38,860 nucleotides of DNA, taken from assembly GCA_000934665.2 (NCBI GenBank), contig JYFJ02003691.1:1-38860 (forward strand), read 5' to 3'. This stretch comes from Catajapyx aquilonaris (lineage: Eukaryota). Of this stretch, positions 36,560 through 38,860 are shown piece by piece (the stretch's first letter is position 1; the number at the start of each line of letters is the position of its first letter). Both the position numbers and the translations under genes were made by a program. Under the pieces are notes generated by a model. It ran no database searches. It saw only the letters and a program-made list of their open reading frames with translations, and was not told where the DNA came from.

Positions 36560-37115
36560 ACCCCAGGTTTCCAAGAAAGGTCATGCAGGTTCCCTTCTCA
36601 TGTCCCCTGGTGTGACAATCGTCACACCAGTCGACTTGGTAGGCAGGGACACCCAGGACTTCCTGTGTGACTCTAGGTAGAGCAAAATCTGGGCTCAGCA
36701 CATTTTTTAGCACATTTCTCAGCAAGCTGGCCCAGATTTTGCTCCCCTTCTTGGAAAAGTGAACACCATCGCATGCCAGCATCATCTTCAGCTTCCGCGC
36801 AATGGGCTGTAGAGCAAAATTAAAATTCCATGTAATTGCATCCTCATGGAAATTTTATAATAAAAAACTCACGCTGATCTTAAGGAGGAACACTCGTGTG
36901 TCCTGGCACACCTTCCTCAGCCGCTGATTCCAAAAGCGCCGCAATCCCTCCCTCATGCAGGACTTGCCGTGTGACCTTCTCCACCCTCGGTGGTACCTCA
37001 CACACGACAAGCCTGCATGAGGGCATTGCCTTTCGAAGTATCATGATGAAGCCCTTCAACTTCTTCAATTCTTTTCTTGCCATCTCCAGGGGATTGGCTT
37101 TGGTGGCGATGTTAG
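36560..37115 (-). pseudogene. SGNH/GDSL hydrolase C-terminal half plus CCHC zinc knuckle, spliced
   Basis: LVVCEVPPR, DGVHFSKKG (block V), CDDCHTRGHEKGTC (CX2CX4HX4C); GTGAGT...TACAG intron at 36807-36872. Confidence 0.6.
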
Positions 37116-37467
37116 TTTTAAAGATGTTCCTTGCTTTTGTCCTCAGCCAGGGCAGTTGTTTCTTGAGGAAGATTTTTTTATTACTACTCCCGCCTTCTTC
37201 TGCTTCCTCATCCCCACTTTCCTCGCTTGAAATAAATTCCCTTTTGAGGATCTGCTTCGCCTTATCTTTGTCTTCTGCTGCCAGGTGGTGAAAACCAGTT
37301 TGCCTTCGTTCCAACTTCTGAAACACTATTATATGTAAATTAGAGAGGCATGCTATAGAGCCTATACCTTCGGGGGGGAAAACCCTGCTATGGCTGGTTT
37401 AGCATGAAGTAATAAATGTAAAGAAGCTTACATGCAATAGTCAATCTGTGGAATATTTAGGTAGCGG
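37116..37467 (-). repeat. Direct copy of 30015-30368
   Basis: Near-identical sequence including the flanking intron-like DNA. Confidence 0.9.
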
Positions 37468-37859
37468 CATTTGCTATTTAGCGTGAAAAAATGGTAACAC
37501 TTTATCTTAGTGTACAGTAGGCCCTACATGTATGGATATATCCATAAATTAGCTATAATTGCAGTATTTTAAATTTAATTAATTTTTTCCTTAATTAATA
37601 AGCCCCAAGGAAAAAAAACAAATTAATTTTATTGCATTACATGTCATTCACACTCTAGATAGAGCACGCACAGGCTGTTGTGACTGAAAACCTTGCCCTT
37701 GTGGAGCGCAATACAGTAATTCACACTAATAACACAGCGCAACAAAAAAAACTTTCGGCGTATTTACTCGGAAACCACTACGCACATCAAGTTAGTGGGA
37801 CCCAAAGTAGCTGGGAAACGCCCGGGATTTCTCTCCCAAAATGTGCAGTGGGTCAGGGT

Positions 37860-38860
37860 GACCTGTCAGTGTGCTGAGGAAGAATACGGTACGCTTATCT
37901 CTCCATCTCCCAGCCAACATGCTTCCACATTTCATGAAATCCACTGTTCCTTTCTTGATGTTTTTACTTTTCAGGTCAACAGGGAACCCGCTAACAATTT
38001 GCCGCACTGTCCCCCTTTCTGCCAGATCGCGGAAGAGCCGTGGTGATGAGTAGAAGTTGTCGACAAAGAGTTGGTGTCCTTTGTTTACGTACTCTTCCAT
38101 CAACTCCATGACGACCCTGTATGCCAAATCATGCTCTGGTTTTCCGGAAGGATCCTTCCCGGTGTAGACCTGGAACAAAATATTGCCCAGAGAACAAGAG
38201 GCAAGTCGTGAAAATAGCAATTATAGTTACCTGAAACTTGAGCACGTAACCTGTGACAGCATCTGCCAGCACCCAAATCTTGATCCCAAACTTCTTGGGC
38301 TTTGCTGGCATATACTGCCTAATTTGCATGCGGCTCTTAGTCCCGACCATTTGTTCATCGAGACTTAGTTGCTATGCGTCCCGGTGAGAACATCAGGGGT
38401 AGCACCTTGGAGATGGCATCAATGAGTGGCCTGACTTTGTAAAGTCTGTCGGGCTCGGGGTTTTGCGTCAGATGGTTGTCATTAACATGGAGCACAGACA
38501 GAATGTCCGTAAATCGGTTGCGGCTCATGACATTTCGATACTAGTCACAGCGGGTCATTGGGTCTGTACTCCAATAGTCCGACACCTGTGACTTTCCTTC
38601 AATTACCATTGCCAGACAGAGCCCCAGGAATCCCTGAAATTCCGGATCTGTAACGGGCTCCCAGTTCTTCATATTTTTTTCTTTTCTTCCCATCCAGACC
38701 TTCTTGCGTTGCATACAAGTTTGTCTGCTCAACCAGCTGAGTCATTACTTTGTCATCGAAGAACTTATGAAAAAGTTCGAGTGGTGTCATCTCTCCATAG
38801 TTACTGTTTTTGATGGCCCTATTGCCACCAGTAAATGGAACCCCTCAAAAACGCACTCGT
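37860..38860 (-). pseudogene. piggyBac (PGBD4-like) transposase with an intron, frameshifted
   Basis: TPLELF..FF, MSRNRF, LSLDEQMV, QYMPAKPKKFGIKIW, LFVDNFYSSP, WRDKR; 61-nt GT-AG intron at 38170-38230 joining LKFQ|VYTGK. Confidence 0.92.

Noticed and set aside
496..38368. Plus-strand ORFs in the ORF track as real genes
   Set aside because: They are mostly antisense shadows of minus-strand relics or low-complexity sequence with no recognisable motifs.

Overview
Eukaryotic (animal, probably arthropod) DNA with no recognisable host gene. The window is a dense patchwork of short, decayed mobile-element and virus relics: two Polinton/Maverick-type protein-primed DNA polymerases; piggyBac x2; Sola-like x2; RAG1/Transib-like transposases; a Helitron; hAT; pogo/Tigger; a YqaJ-fused transposase; LTR gag, env and a candidate solo LTR; MITEs; and an apparently full-length orthomyxovirus (quaranjavirus-like) nucleoprotein EVE. 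Essentially every recognisable protein-coding relic (more than 20) lies on the minus strand, and all internal duplications are direct. This architecture suggests a flamenco-like uni-strand piRNA cluster transcribed on the plus strand. All family calls come from motif recognition by eye, not from database searches.
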